Virus record (IMG/VR): IMGVR_UViG_3300043177_000122
Coordinates: 294,994 to 358,993 of that record
Length of the DNA stretch: 64,000 nt
Reading direction: 5' to 3' (one strand)
Source of the DNA: a virus
Taxonomy: Duplodnaviria > Caudoviricetes
The notes under the pieces were generated by a model. The model made no database searches and was not told the DNA's origin. It saw only the letters and a program-made list of their open reading frames with translations. The translations under genes were made by a program, and so were the position numbers. This document shows, piece by piece, positions 47,948 through 57,655 of the stretch; within the stretch, counting starts at the first letter, position 1, and every line of letters starts with the position of its first letter.

Positions 47948-49701
47948 GGTATTACCTGTGGTCCATTCCAAGTCACATACACGCCTCGCTTCATGTGCAT
48001 CCATGAATGTGAACTATCAGTAGTTACTGTAAAGTTACCAAAATTAGACCTTCCTGCTCTGAGATGTGGTATTGTTCCTAATATTCTGGGTTCAATTGGA
48101 AATACGTTCTCAATTCCTGCATTTCCATTCCAGGTAGCAAATGTTCCTGCCAATAAATCTACCGAGAATAATTCAGTAGATCCACTCCATGGACTATCTG
48201 CCGCAGAACCATCAAAAATAGGACTTCCAAATTGAGCTACTCCAGAAACATAAGTCCACAATGATGGAACGCAGCTACAAGGAACACCTCCCTGAGTTTG
48301 TGTTACTCCCTGACACCAGTTACCACGGTTTAAATCTCCAGAACTTCCCTGATACAAAATATTAGGAGACCAGCTTATATCGTTAAGAGAGTTGCCATAT
48401 CCGCCGATACCACCAGTACTAATTCCGCTTCCGATCATAAATAATCTAGCTACATTATTCACTGGCAGTGGTGTTGGTTCATTTTCAGCTAAACCACAAG
48501 CAAAGAAATAATCTTGTGGTACGCTAATAAAACTTACTGCTGGGTTAAACTGTCTGCGGCCAAAAATAACTACACCTTGTCCTGTGTCATCTCCGACAAG
48601 CGTTAATCTCCACGAGAATGGCCAGTAACTACTTGGTGTACCATTAACAGAAGAATCATCTCCAAATCCTGGTGCAGTTCCTGCAAATTTGGTTGTGTTA
48701 TTTGTATTATAGTAAAGTGGTCCATGTAAGTGTGGGCCAGCTACAGCAAAATCTCCAGCAGAATTACCGCCAAAACCAGGCACACAAGTAATAGTGGGCA
48801 CATTGCCATAATTACCGTTGCTATTAAAATTTTGACTATAATCAGCAAATGTTTCATGACATAGCCTAACTTGCCAGCCCAATGCATGAGGGCTTTGCAT
48901 TATAATACGTGGGGTAGTAGAGTTTCCATATCCTCCGTACGTACCGCTATTTACAGCTACCCATGTACTGTTTGGAGATCCAGATGCTGGAGCAGCAGTG
49001 TCCTTTTCATAAATGTACCAATTCATGCTACCAAATGGTTCGACCGGTGGAAATCCGGTAGCACCCATTGTTCTATAGTCGATAATGTAGCAATTAGTTG
49101 TAACAGTACCTCCGCTTGTGTAGGTACCATTTCCAGTTGTTCCATTTAAAGTAAATTGAGTACTATTTAATACAGTAATTGTAAAAGTCCCGTTAGCTGC
49201 GGTATTACCACCAACTCCAGAAATGACAACAGTTTGCCCTGTAGTTAAAGTATGAGGGGTAGTAGTAGTAATTTGAATTGGTGAAACGGCATTTCCTGAA
49301 GTAGTAGACACTGTATAGTTGAGCGCTTCAAATCCAGTGATAAGATAAATTCCTGAATTATATGTAGAATTAGCTGTGCTTCTTAGAACTAACAATCTAC
49401 CAACATCAGTTAAACTTACTGTTCTAACCGATGGCGGTATCCAAACATAAAACTCTCTACCGGAACCCTGATTAATCCCAGCTTTGGTGTTGGCTGGAAA
49501 AGTTGGCGTACCAGTTGGAGTAGTGTCGGCCGTAGCAATTAATAGTGTTCCGACAGCATTGATTGGGTAATTAGTGTCACCAACATAACTATACAATAGT
49601 ATTCTTCTCAGAAAAATACCCATCAGATAGCCACATATCCATTGCTTTGCATTAGTTGTTATGTTCTGAGTGAAATAATCTCGAACTGTGTGTATAGCCA
49701 T
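47944..49701 (-). CDS. Modular virion protein, scaffold family A (585 aa): 1 NPI module
   Basis: MAIHTVRDY, VGRLLVLRS, RIIMQSPH, GRSNFG. Confidence 0.75.
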   Translation of the reverse strand: MAIHTVRDYFTQNITTNAKQWICGYLMGIFLRRILLYSYVGDTNYPINAVGTLLIATADTTPTGTPTFPANTKAGINQGSGREFYVWIPPSVRTVSLTDVGRLLVLRSTANSTYNSGIYLITGFEALNYTVSTTSGNAVSPIQITTTTPHTLTTGQTVVISGVGGNTAANGTFTITVLNSTQFTLNGTTGNGTYTSGGTVTTNCYIIDYRTMGATGFPPVEPFGSMNWYIYEKDTAAPASGSPNSTWVAVNSGTYGGYGNSTTPRIIMQSPHALGWQVRLCHETFADYSQNFNSNGNYGNVPTITCVPGFGGNSAGDFAVAGPHLHGPLYYNTNNTTKFAGTAPGFGDDSSVNGTPSSYWPFSWRLTLVGDDTGQGVVIFGRRQFNPAVSFISVPQDYFFACGLAENEPTPLPVNNVARLFMIGSGISTGGIGGYGNSLNDISWSPNILYQGSSGDLNRGNWCQGVTQTQGGVPCSCVPSLWTYVSGVAQFGSPIFDGSAADSPWSGSTELFSVDLLAGTFATWNGNAGIENVFPIEPRILGTIPHLRAGRSNFGNFTVTTDSSHSWMHMKRGVYVTWNGPQVIP

Positions 49702-49710
49702 TCTGATTCC

Positions 49711-52700
49711 TTATATGATGAAGAACAAGTTTGATGGTAAGATTGTGTTATCCCAAATTATGGCAATACCATTTTGTATATTAAGGAACTGTCCGCTTGG
49801 TGTACCAAATCTGTGATAGAGTGGTAGTTGCGTGCTTGTAAATTTTAGAGTTCTTAATCTTACTCTGCCCAATGAAAATTGTCCTGTTACACCCGGCAAG
49901 CATAGTACACCATCTGAAGCTATTATAGTTCCTCGTGTTGTGTTGAATGCTAATTTAATGTCTGTAAGGTTAGCTCCAAAAGACGGCGAGCCATCTCCTG
50001 CTAAAGATTTAGATAACATTCGATGAACTCTAATAGTTCCAGTAGTATCTTTCATCCAAAAACCATTACCAATAGTTCCGTTACCACCGGCAGATGTACC
50101 ATCACATCTAAAAACAGTTCCATTGAATACTCCACCTCTTGTATTTACTATTACAGGATTTATATCCGCAGATTGTGGATAAAGTCTGATTGGAATTTCA
50201 CAGTGGAAATATGATGATCCATCTCCACTGTTTATATCTTTGTAATGCATCCAGAAGAATGCCGGATCAGCAGCCATTGTCATAGCCATAGTGTTAGCTG
50301 GGCCAGTGTTGAAGATATTTCCACTCAGTGTATTATTGAATTGTGCAGTTGCATCTATCTGCGGATCTCCAGTGACAGGAAATGTAAGGCCATTCCAATT
50401 TCCTCCTGGAGAAATAATAGTGCCAATGGTACCGGCAGTATCATTTCCAAACATTTGTACCTGGCTATTGGCTTGGCCAGGATTAATACCAACTGCTGAT
50501 GGATTGAATTGCATAACCATATAGTTTCCGTTGCCGCTACTAAATGTTTGAGCAAGTCCAGCATCCACAATTCTATAGTTGATATTTGTTCTATTAGTAA
50601 ATGATGGGTGTAGATTTGTTGGATCGGGAGTGCCCCCAGTATTCAAATTGACTCTAATAGAGTTAGGACTATTAACAGCAGTGATTATGTAGATAGCATC
50701 TTCAGTAGTTCCAGAATTTGGCTTCCACATTATTAACAGTTTTCCAACCATATTGCTGGTTGTAACTGTTTGTGTTCCACCACTGGTCCAAGATCCGTTT
50801 GGGGCAGAATTATTTAGGTATATACTATTACGATTGGCAATAGATCCTCCGCTTGTATATGTTCCTGATGCAAAAGATCCGTTTAATGTAGCAATTCTAT
50901 TGCTAATTGCTGTGGTTAAAAATGTGCTATTAGCATTTGGCAAACCACCTATTCCAGATGTTATAACAGTCTGTCCAGTTAGTAATGTATGGAAATCGGA
51001 AGTGATAACAGTAATTGGCGACAGTATAGTATTTCCAGTAGTCATTGTACCGGTACCGCCCGAACAACCAGTGAAAGTATTATGAGTGGTTCCAGTATAG
51101 CTTACTGTTTGAACTCCGGCGCTACTTGTGATATTAAAAGATCCGCTTGAGGCATAGTTAATAGTCACTGGATTGCCGGTTGACATGGTGCCAATACCGC
51201 CCGAACAACCAGTGAAAGTTGTGCCGGTCGTTCCAGTGTAAGTAACTGGTTGATATCCAAGAGTGGTTAAAACATAAATGTATCCACTAGTTGGGAATCC
51301 TGTGGTAGACGCAACGTTAATAGTAGATTGTGGTAAGGCTTGTCCGTTAGAAGCAACAGCAATCGAAGTATAGTTGCTTGCTGGAGAAAATGCCGTAAAT
51401 ACAGCACCGTCCGAGGAGGTATTTCCTGTACCACCAGAAGCCCCAGTTAATGTAGTGGCTGTTACTCCAGTATATGTTACTAGTTGAGATCCGTTAGTAG
51501 TAGTAATATAAAGTGAGCCAGTAGTTGGGAAATTGGTAAAGAAACCAGTATTATTTACAGTATTACCAGTAAACATAGTTCCAACACCACCTAGTGCTCC
51601 AGTAAATGTAGTTGCTGTTGTGCCAGTATATGTAACAGCTTGATTAAATGGTCCACCACCGATTGGGTTATTAATCAGTAAAGTACCAGTACCACCTGTT
51701 ACACCAGTAAATGATGTAGCGGTAATTCCAGTATAAGTAACTGAGGTAGCTGCATAAACAGTGCCACCAGTTGACATGGTACCACCTCCGCCAGAACATC
51801 CAGTAAAGGTAGTAGCAGTGGTACCAGTATATGTAACTATCTGAGAACCAGTGCTGGTTGTTACAAAAATTGTACCAGAGGCTGCAAATCCAGTCGTAGA
51901 CGCTACGTTGATAGTTCCTTGTGGTAGAGCTTGTCCGTTGGATCCTGCTGCAATAGTTGTTTGAATAGCGTTATCTGCTACACTTAGTGTGCCGCTGGTT
52001 GGAAATCCACTAGTAGTAGATACGTTAATAGTTGATTGTGGGAGTGATTGCCCGCTAGATCCAAGTGCAATACTTGTTACAACTATTGTTGCAACATTCA
52101 AAGTACCAGAGGTTGGGAATCCGGTAGTAGAGGCTACGTTAATTGTGCCTGTCGGCAGATTAACATTGTTAGAGGCAGCAGCTACAGTTGTAGAGGCAGT
52201 TGCGGTAGCAGCTACGTTAATAGTTGCTTGTGGGAGCGTTTGAACACCAGTTGTAGTTGTAAATGGTGCAACAGTACTTGAGTTAACAGTTGCTTGTGGC
52301 AATGTGGCACCGTTTGATGGAAACGCCGTAGTAGTATTAAAATATGTTGCATTAGAAATAGAGTTAGTTGGTGTATTAATAGTCCACGTACCATTAGCTG
52401 TGGTATTTCCAGTTACTCCGCTTACAACAACTGATGCCAAGTTAACATAAGAATTTGCCGCGGTCATATTTACTGAAATTGGAGCATACACAGCGCCATC
52501 AATAGACATAGTTCCTGTACCACCTGAACATCCTGTAAAGGTTGTTCCCGTAATTCCTGTATATGTAACTGTTTGTATACCAGCACTAGTGGTGACATGA
52601 ATTGTTCCAGAACTTGGGAATCCGATAGAAATAGATCCGCCAGTTTGCATAGATCCTCGACCTAAAGTACATCCGGTAAACGTAGTTGCAGTTATACCGG

Positions 52701-53484
52701 TGTACAAAACTAACTGGGTGCCCTCTGTTGTCTGCACATTTAGAAATCCACCTGATGGAAATCCTGTTGTGGAGGCTACGTTAATAGTGCCAGTTGGCAG
52801 AGAAACATTGTTAGAGGCAGCAGCGATAGTTGTGCTAGCGGTAGTTGTGGAGGCAACATTGATTGTTGCTTGAGGTAAACTTTGTCCGTTAGATCCTGCT
52901 GCGATTGTAGTTCTGTAATTAGAAACATTATTAATAGTAAAGCTAGTGTTTAAATTAGTAAAAGGATTAATATTTGTGGCATTAAAAATAGCATTGCCAT
53001 TAACGTTGGTACTTATTTGAGCTGGAGTATATCCATCATTGCCAATTGCTAAAACAGGAGTTCCTTCAGTAAAGTTAACTGGCCAAGCGAATGGTGTAGT
53101 GTTAACAGTTCCACCACCAGTATATGAACCATTTCCAGTTGATCCATTTAAACTAAATGTAGTTGTGCTTGTGACAGTAATTTGGAAGGTACCATTGGCC
53201 GCTAAATTACCGAGCACGCCAGAAATTGTAACTTGTTGTCCAGTAAATAAAGCATTAGTTGTGGTAGTGGTTATTACAATTGGAGAAACGCCAGCTCCCG
53301 TAGTGTTTGATACGGAATAGGTTGTGCTCATAGTGGTTGCAAATCCGCCTGGAGATTGAAGGCTAGAAGTACCATTAACGCAATATCCCCAGAACTCGTA
53401 GAGTATTTTAAGGAACTCGGAAGCTCTTCCAGTTTGGTTATAGTTGTAAAGTAGTCCTCGACAGAACCTTAGTGAAGTTGGCAT
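49711..53484 (-). CDS. Modular virion protein, scaffold family B (1257 aa), recursively nested modules
   Basis: FCRGLLY, FWGYCVNG; 8 TIAA-type and 3 NPI-type modules, most of them nested. Confidence 0.78.
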   Translation of the reverse strand: MPTSLRFCRGLLYNYNQTGRASEFLKILYEFWGYCVNGTSSLQSPGGFATTMSTTYSVSNTTGAGVSPIVITTTTTNALFTGQQVTISGVLGNLAANGTFQITVTSTTTFSLNGSTGNGSYTGGGTVNTTPFAWPVNFTEGTPVLAIGNDGYTPAQISTNVNGNAIFNATNINPFTNLNTSFTINNVSNYRTTIAAGSNGQSLPQATINVASTTTASTTIAAASNNVSLPTGTINVASTTGFPSGGFLNVQTTEGTQLVLYTGITATTFTGCTLGRGSMQTGGSISIGFPSSGTIHVTTSAGIQTVTYTGITGTTFTGCSGGTGTMSIDGAVYAPISVNMTAANSYVNLASVVVSGVTGNTTANGTWTINTPTNSISNATYFNTTTAFPSNGATLPQATVNSSTVAPFTTTTGVQTLPQATINVAATATASTTVAAASNNVNLPTGTINVASTTGFPTSGTLNVATIVVTSIALGSSGQSLPQSTINVSTTSGFPTSGTLSVADNAIQTTIAAGSNGQALPQGTINVASTTGFAASGTIFVTTSTGSQIVTYTGTTATTFTGCSGGGGTMSTGGTVYAATSVTYTGITATSFTGVTGGTGTLLINNPIGGGPFNQAVTYTGTTATTFTGALGGVGTMFTGNTVNNTGFFTNFPTTGSLYITTTNGSQLVTYTGVTATTLTGASGGTGNTSSDGAVFTAFSPASNYTSIAVASNGQALPQSTINVASTTGFPTSGYIYVLTTLGYQPVTYTGTTGTTFTGCSGGIGTMSTGNPVTINYASSGSFNITSSAGVQTVSYTGTTHNTFTGCSGGTGTMTTGNTILSPITVITSDFHTLLTGQTVITSGIGGLPNANSTFLTTAISNRIATLNGSFASGTYTSGGSIANRNSIYLNNSAPNGSWTSGGTQTVTTSNMVGKLLIMWKPNSGTTEDAIYIITAVNSPNSIRVNLNTGGTPDPTNLHPSFTNRTNINYRIVDAGLAQTFSSGNGNYMVMQFNPSAVGINPGQANSQVQMFGNDTAGTIGTIISPGGNWNGLTFPVTGDPQIDATAQFNNTLSGNIFNTGPANTMAMTMAADPAFFWMHYKDINSGDGSSYFHCEIPIRLYPQSADINPVIVNTRGGVFNGTVFRCDGTSAGGNGTIGNGFWMKDTTGTIRVHRMLSKSLAGDGSPSFGANLTDIKLAFNTTRGTIIASDGVLCLPGVTGQFSLGRVRLRTLKFTSTQLPLYHRFGTPSGQFLNIQNGIAIIWDNTILPSNLFFII
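51919..51960. repeat. 42 bp dispersed repeat, copy 2
   Basis: ttgtggtagagcttgtccgttggatcctgctgcaatagttgt. Confidence 0.9.
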
Positions 53485-53523
53485 TTATTCTCCGTTTAAC
53501 CAAAATGTCGTATTATTAGGTGT

Positions 53524-54483
53524 TTATGCAAACCAAGTATCTATCACTTCAGGAGTAGAATATGGGCCTGAGCACGGGAAAGCTGGTGCATTTGCTAAAG
53601 AAATTTGCGTATCAACCCAAACAACCGGAGTAGGAGTGACGCAGGATGTATCATAAGCTCTCAATTTGTAATATTGAACGGCGCTAGTAACTGTGATTGG
53701 TAGTGCTCCAACTTTATAAATCAACTTAAAATAGTCTAATGTTCTTTCTACGTTGGCCACTCTAATATCTTGAATAAGAATATTTGGCTCTTCTTTGTTA
53801 GATGAGCCAGTTGCAGTAATAGCTCCAGTTCTCCAGAAACCAAATCCGTTAATACCATCTGTATAAGATATTGAGGCTGCCGGAAATGTATTAAGCTGAA
53901 CACCAGCCGAATATCTAATACATTGAATGCCATTTAAATAAGCTCTTACAGATGTTCCATCGTAAGACATTCCTATATGAGACCATTGTTGTAATGGAAT
54001 TGGAAAATCTGTAACGTTAAATGAAGCATTTGTAGAAGAATTTAAAGCGAGTTCTGCTCCCCAATCTTGACCACCATTAGATGTAAACGTGGATAAATTA
54101 ATAGCCTGAAATGGTGCTGCCCAACTTGATGTAATTGTACTATCTCTGTATTCTTTAGCAACTATTGTTGTATTATTAGAAGTGGTGTAAGATTTTAAAT
54201 ATATCCAACAAGAAAGAGAAATTGGAGGGCTTGGATTTATCGTTCTAGCTCCAGCGGCATAATTTCTAGTTGCAGAAGCTCCTGTTGGGTAATTTCCTGT
54301 GCTAGGAAATTGTGCACAAGGATCATCGAATACGCCCGTACCAGTTCTTACTATCGTATTGGTAATGTTTAAATCTGTAGTAGTATCATTAGGAGATAGA
54401 GAGCCCGAATTTCTATAAGGCCCCGAAGTTTCATTCAACCTCCATACTAAAATATCATTTACATCAGGTGGTATTCTGGCCAT
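53524..54483 (-). CDS. LamG/concanavalin-A-like lectin-domain protein with C-terminal YYK module
   Basis: VWRLNE, SLSCWI, WSHIGMSYDG...YLNG, IQDIRV. Confidence 0.8.
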   Translation of the reverse strand: MARIPPDVNDILVWRLNETSGPYRNSGSLSPNDTTTDLNITNTIVRTGTGVFDDPCAQFPSTGNYPTGASATRNYAAGARTINPSPPISLSCWIYLKSYTTSNNTTIVAKEYRDSTITSSWAAPFQAINLSTFTSNGGQDWGAELALNSSTNASFNVTDFPIPLQQWSHIGMSYDGTSVRAYLNGIQCIRYSAGVQLNTFPAASISYTDGINGFGFWRTGAITATGSSNKEEPNILIQDIRVANVERTLDYFKLIYKVGALPITVTSAVQYYKLRAYDTSCVTPTPVVWVDTQISLANAPAFPCSGPYSTPEVIDTWFA

Positions 54484-54486
54484 ATG

Positions 54487-55428
54487 TTAAAATCCTAGTT
54501 TTGTCCAAGAGCCTACAATTTCTATTGGCCCAAGATTGCCGCCACATGGAGCAGGAGGTGCTCCGTTATAGTTTATTCCTGTAGAAATCCAATAAACAGG
54601 ATTTGAAGTAGCACAATTAGTGTCATATGCTCTTAACTTATAATACCTAGTTAAAGGGCTTGTCCCTGTACCAGGAGATAATACTCCATTTCTATATATA
54701 TTCTGGAAATATGATTGTGGTCTAACTATATTCGCAATTCTAAAATCACAAATTGAAACAACTGGCTCTTCTGGATTTCCAGACCCCGATGGAATAGCTC
54801 CAAAAAACCATGGTCCTGGCGTGGATCCATAATTAATAGGCCCAGTTGAGGTAGCGGTAGCTACAACGTTTCCGTTTATATAAGCTATTTGCGTAGTACC
54901 ATCCCAAGTCACCGCAGTGTGAGTCCAAGCATGAAGAGGAACTGTACTCTCTGCTGATACTAATGGAGTTCCACCTGATGTTGGTAAAACAAATAAATCC
55001 CACTGCTGAGATTGGCCAGCATATGTTCTATTTTGTAGTTCGACAGAAGCAAATGTACTGGACCAGTTCCCAGTATTAGTTTGTTTGACCCATAAATGTT
55101 GTGTGAATCCTGTTGTATTATATGCTCGCAAATATACCCAACAAGAAAATGAAACTGGTGCTTGCGGCATAACACTATTAGCTCCAGAAATAAAATTTCG
55201 AGGACTGCTACTGTTGGCACCAGTAAACATGATACAACTATTAGCACCAGAAGCTGCAAATAAGCTTGGTTGCTGTAATAATATTGTTCCAGATAGAGTA
55301 GATAAATCGGAAATGGCATGTGACGGGGCGGAAGGAGACGTAGATGAATTTACGAACGGAGCGCCAGCTTCGTCTAATCTCCACACAACAATATCATTAT
55401 CATCTGGTGCTATTCTTGTTCCTGACAT
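54487..55428 (-). CDS. LamG-domain protein with C-terminal YYK module
   Basis: VWRLDE, SFSCWV, WTHTAVTWDG...YING, ICDFRI. Confidence 0.8.
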   Translation of the reverse strand: MSGTRIAPDDNDIVVWRLDEAGAPFVNSSTSPSAPSHAISDLSTLSGTILLQQPSLFAASGANSCIMFTGANSSSPRNFISGANSVMPQAPVSFSCWVYLRAYNTTGFTQHLWVKQTNTGNWSSTFASVELQNRTYAGQSQQWDLFVLPTSGGTPLVSAESTVPLHAWTHTAVTWDGTTQIAYINGNVVATATSTGPINYGSTPGPWFFGAIPSGSGNPEEPVVSICDFRIANIVRPQSYFQNIYRNGVLSPGTGTSPLTRYYKLRAYDTNCATSNPVYWISTGINYNGAPPAPCGGNLGPIEIVGSWTKLGF

Positions 55429-55437
55429 TAGTTTTCC

Positions 55438-56160
55438 TTATGGTACCGTTCCGCCAAAATATACATCAGCAAAATAAGATTGTGGTCTAACAATATTGGC
55501 CAGCCTAACATCCTGTACCATTATATTTCCTCCGTCTAATGACGTCGTGTCTGGAATAGTTCCTATGAACCATTTACCTGGATTTGAACTATTATCAACC
55601 GCTCCTCCCCCAGGGACTAATGTTCCCACTAAAGTACCATTTAGATAAGCTCTAAGTGTAGTACCATCCCAAGTTTCCCCAATATGAACCCATCTACCTT
55701 GTGGTATAAGATTTGGAGAATTAATAGCCAATTCTCTTAAAGTGCCGCTGGTAGTAACGTAAGCAATCCATCTTCCATCAGAAGTATTTCTAATGTATAA
55801 ACCACATGTCAAAAATGGAAAAGCCCAGGAATTAGCAATGTACTGCTTAGTAAAAACGGAACCAAAATTACTAGCGTATCTTCTAACATAAACCCAAGCA
55901 GAGATTGAAAAATTGGTTGGAACGGTAACTCCATATGCTCCACCAGTGCCATCGTGATTAGGAGAGATGCTTTGCCCAGGTATATAAACCCCTTTGAAAT
56001 CTTCATCTATCTTAATAATTCCAGGTACTTCGGTAAGCATGTTTCCATAATCTACAAGATCGCCAATCGATCCTAATGTTCCTAAATTTGGACGATTAGG
56101 ACCTTTCTCGTTAAGTGGATATACTAGGATATCATTTGCATCAGGCGCTACTCTAGCCAT
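55438..56160 (-). CDS. LamG-domain protein (no YYK module)
   Basis: VYPLNE, SISAWV, WVHIGETWDG...YLNG, VQDVRL. Confidence 0.8.
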   Translation of the reverse strand: MARVAPDANDILVYPLNEKGPNRPNLGTLGSIGDLVDYGNMLTEVPGIIKIDEDFKGVYIPGQSISPNHDGTGGAYGVTVPTNFSISAWVYVRRYASNFGSVFTKQYIANSWAFPFLTCGLYIRNTSDGRWIAYVTTSGTLRELAINSPNLIPQGRWVHIGETWDGTTLRAYLNGTLVGTLVPGGGAVDNSSNPGKWFIGTIPDTTSLDGGNIMVQDVRLANIVRPQSYFADVYFGGTVP

Positions 56161-56167
56161 CTATTCC

Positions 56168-57550
56168 TCACGAGTACACTATAGTTATTCGAGCATTGTT
56201 ACATATTACTCTATCTGTCACAGATCCGCTTGTTTTCCAAATTTGAACTTCATATCTGGTAGGAGCATCGCTTCTAATATTTCCTGGACTAGTACCCACA
56301 ACTAAAGGTATGGAAGTGTATTCTGTGGTAACAGTGTTATTAAATTGGAATAGTGTATTTGTAACAGCTACATTGTGTGTAGTATCAAATAACCTACAAT
56401 ATCCATCTACACCAACCGAAGAAACTTCTAGACTGGCTTTAAATGTCATACTTCTAGCTCTTCCACTATTATCTGTTAGTAGTGCCGGATACAGTGTAAT
56501 ATCCACTTCTCTACCACCTGTTCCTGCTGGTGTAGAAAATCCATTCATTTCTGTGCCAGACACAAAATTAATATCAGAAGGCATAGCTAAAGCTAGAAGC
56601 GTAGTAATTAAAACAGGCGGACTATAAACAATATTAATTCTAGCATTTCTACAGATAACTTGATCATTAGCCCCGCCACCAGTAATAAAAATTTGAACTT
56701 CATACTGAGCAGTCATATCTGTTCTCATCAATCCAGGAGTTACTCCTGAATTAATATTGGCAGACAGCTCTACTGAAGTTAAACTGCTGGTAGATAATGT
56801 ACTACTTGTAATAACAACATTGTTTGTAACATCTTTGATTCTTACGAAACCCGTGGCTGCCGCATTAGTTACTTCCAGATCAGCTTTAAAGGTCATAGTT
56901 CTAGTACGACCATCTAGAGTGGTAGATGGAAATGGTGACATATCTACAGCACGAGCGCCTACTCTGAATGGAGAAGAAGAGTTAGTATATCCGTCTCCTC
57001 CTACAAAAACAATATCAACCGGCAAAAGAATAACGGTTGGTAGAATATTTAAAGTTACACTTTGAGTAACTGGTTTCCAAATATAACCGTCCCAAGTAAG
57101 TACTTGATTGGATGTTGGGGCTTGAGTAGAAACTGGACGACCCTGTAATCCGGTAACATATGGAAGTGTGTGTGTATTTCCTAAATCTTGTGCTAATTGA
57201 ACTGAATTAGTAGGTTGCCAAACAATACCATTCCATCCTATAACTTGATTAGGTAATGGTGCGGCACTGGAAAGTGGACGATCCTGTAAACCGATAACTA
57301 ATGGATGAGATGGTGTGCCACCTAAATCTCCAGCTATTGTTACAACTTGCTGAGTAATTAAATTCTCAATACGGTCCATTCTAGATCTGACAGTAGCAAA
57401 TGTGCCGCTCGGTTTAGCTCCTAATTCATTTTCAATTGCAATAATGGCATCTCTTAGTCGATTGACCGTATCTCCACCAATTGGGGATTGGTTATCCTCT
57501 ACAAGAGGCAAAGTAACATTATTGTCTATCTGTGCTGGATAAGTAGTCAT
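56168..57550 (-). CDS. Fibre-like structural protein with duplicated approx. 135 aa C-terminal domain
   Basis: N-terminus like 57656 gene; GDLGG..P.V.GLQ.RP repeats; two YEVQI...D.VIC.NARI.IVYS domains. Confidence 0.7.
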   Translation of the reverse strand: MTTYPAQIDNNVTLPLVEDNQSPIGGDTVNRLRDAIIAIENELGAKPSGTFATVRSRMDRIENLITQQVVTIAGDLGGTPSHPLVIGLQDRPLSSAAPLPNQVIGWNGIVWQPTNSVQLAQDLGNTHTLPYVTGLQGRPVSTQAPTSNQVLTWDGYIWKPVTQSVTLNILPTVILLPVDIVFVGGDGYTNSSSPFRVGARAVDMSPFPSTTLDGRTRTMTFKADLEVTNAAATGFVRIKDVTNNVVITSSTLSTSSLTSVELSANINSGVTPGLMRTDMTAQYEVQIFITGGGANDQVICRNARINIVYSPPVLITTLLALAMPSDINFVSGTEMNGFSTPAGTGGREVDITLYPALLTDNSGRARSMTFKASLEVSSVGVDGYCRLFDTTHNVAVTNTLFQFNNTVTTEYTSIPLVVGTSPGNIRSDAPTRYEVQIWKTSGSVTDRVICNNARITIVYS

Positions 57551-57592
57551 GAAAGCCTTTGGATCTCTTAACGTTATTTTTTACTCAGATGT

Positions 57593-57610
57593 ATGCTAAA
57601 AATTTAGTAT
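57593..57610. promoter_or_regulatory. 18 bp near-palindrome in the divergent gap between structural operons
   Basis: ATGCTAAAAATTTAGTAT; 15/18 identical to 31803-31820. Confidence 0.45.
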
Positions 57611-57655
57611 ACTTGTGTGGTAAGGCCCTACCGCCCTAGGCTGAAACGTTAAAAC

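Noticed and set aside
47756-48235. 159 aa plus-strand ORF and similar antisense ORFs across 41-53 kb
   Set aside because: These are shadows of Thr/Gly/Val-rich minus-strand genes, with no SD and no motifs.
40308-57550. Diversity-generating retroelement acting on the paralog array
   Set aside because: There is no reverse transcriptase in the window and I saw no template/variable repeat pair differing specifically at adenines. An RT elsewhere in the genome cannot be excluded.
57620-57642. Possible hairpin/terminator aggccctaccgccctaggct
   Set aside because: The stem is only about 4 bp, there is no U-tract, and it lies upstream of a start codon.
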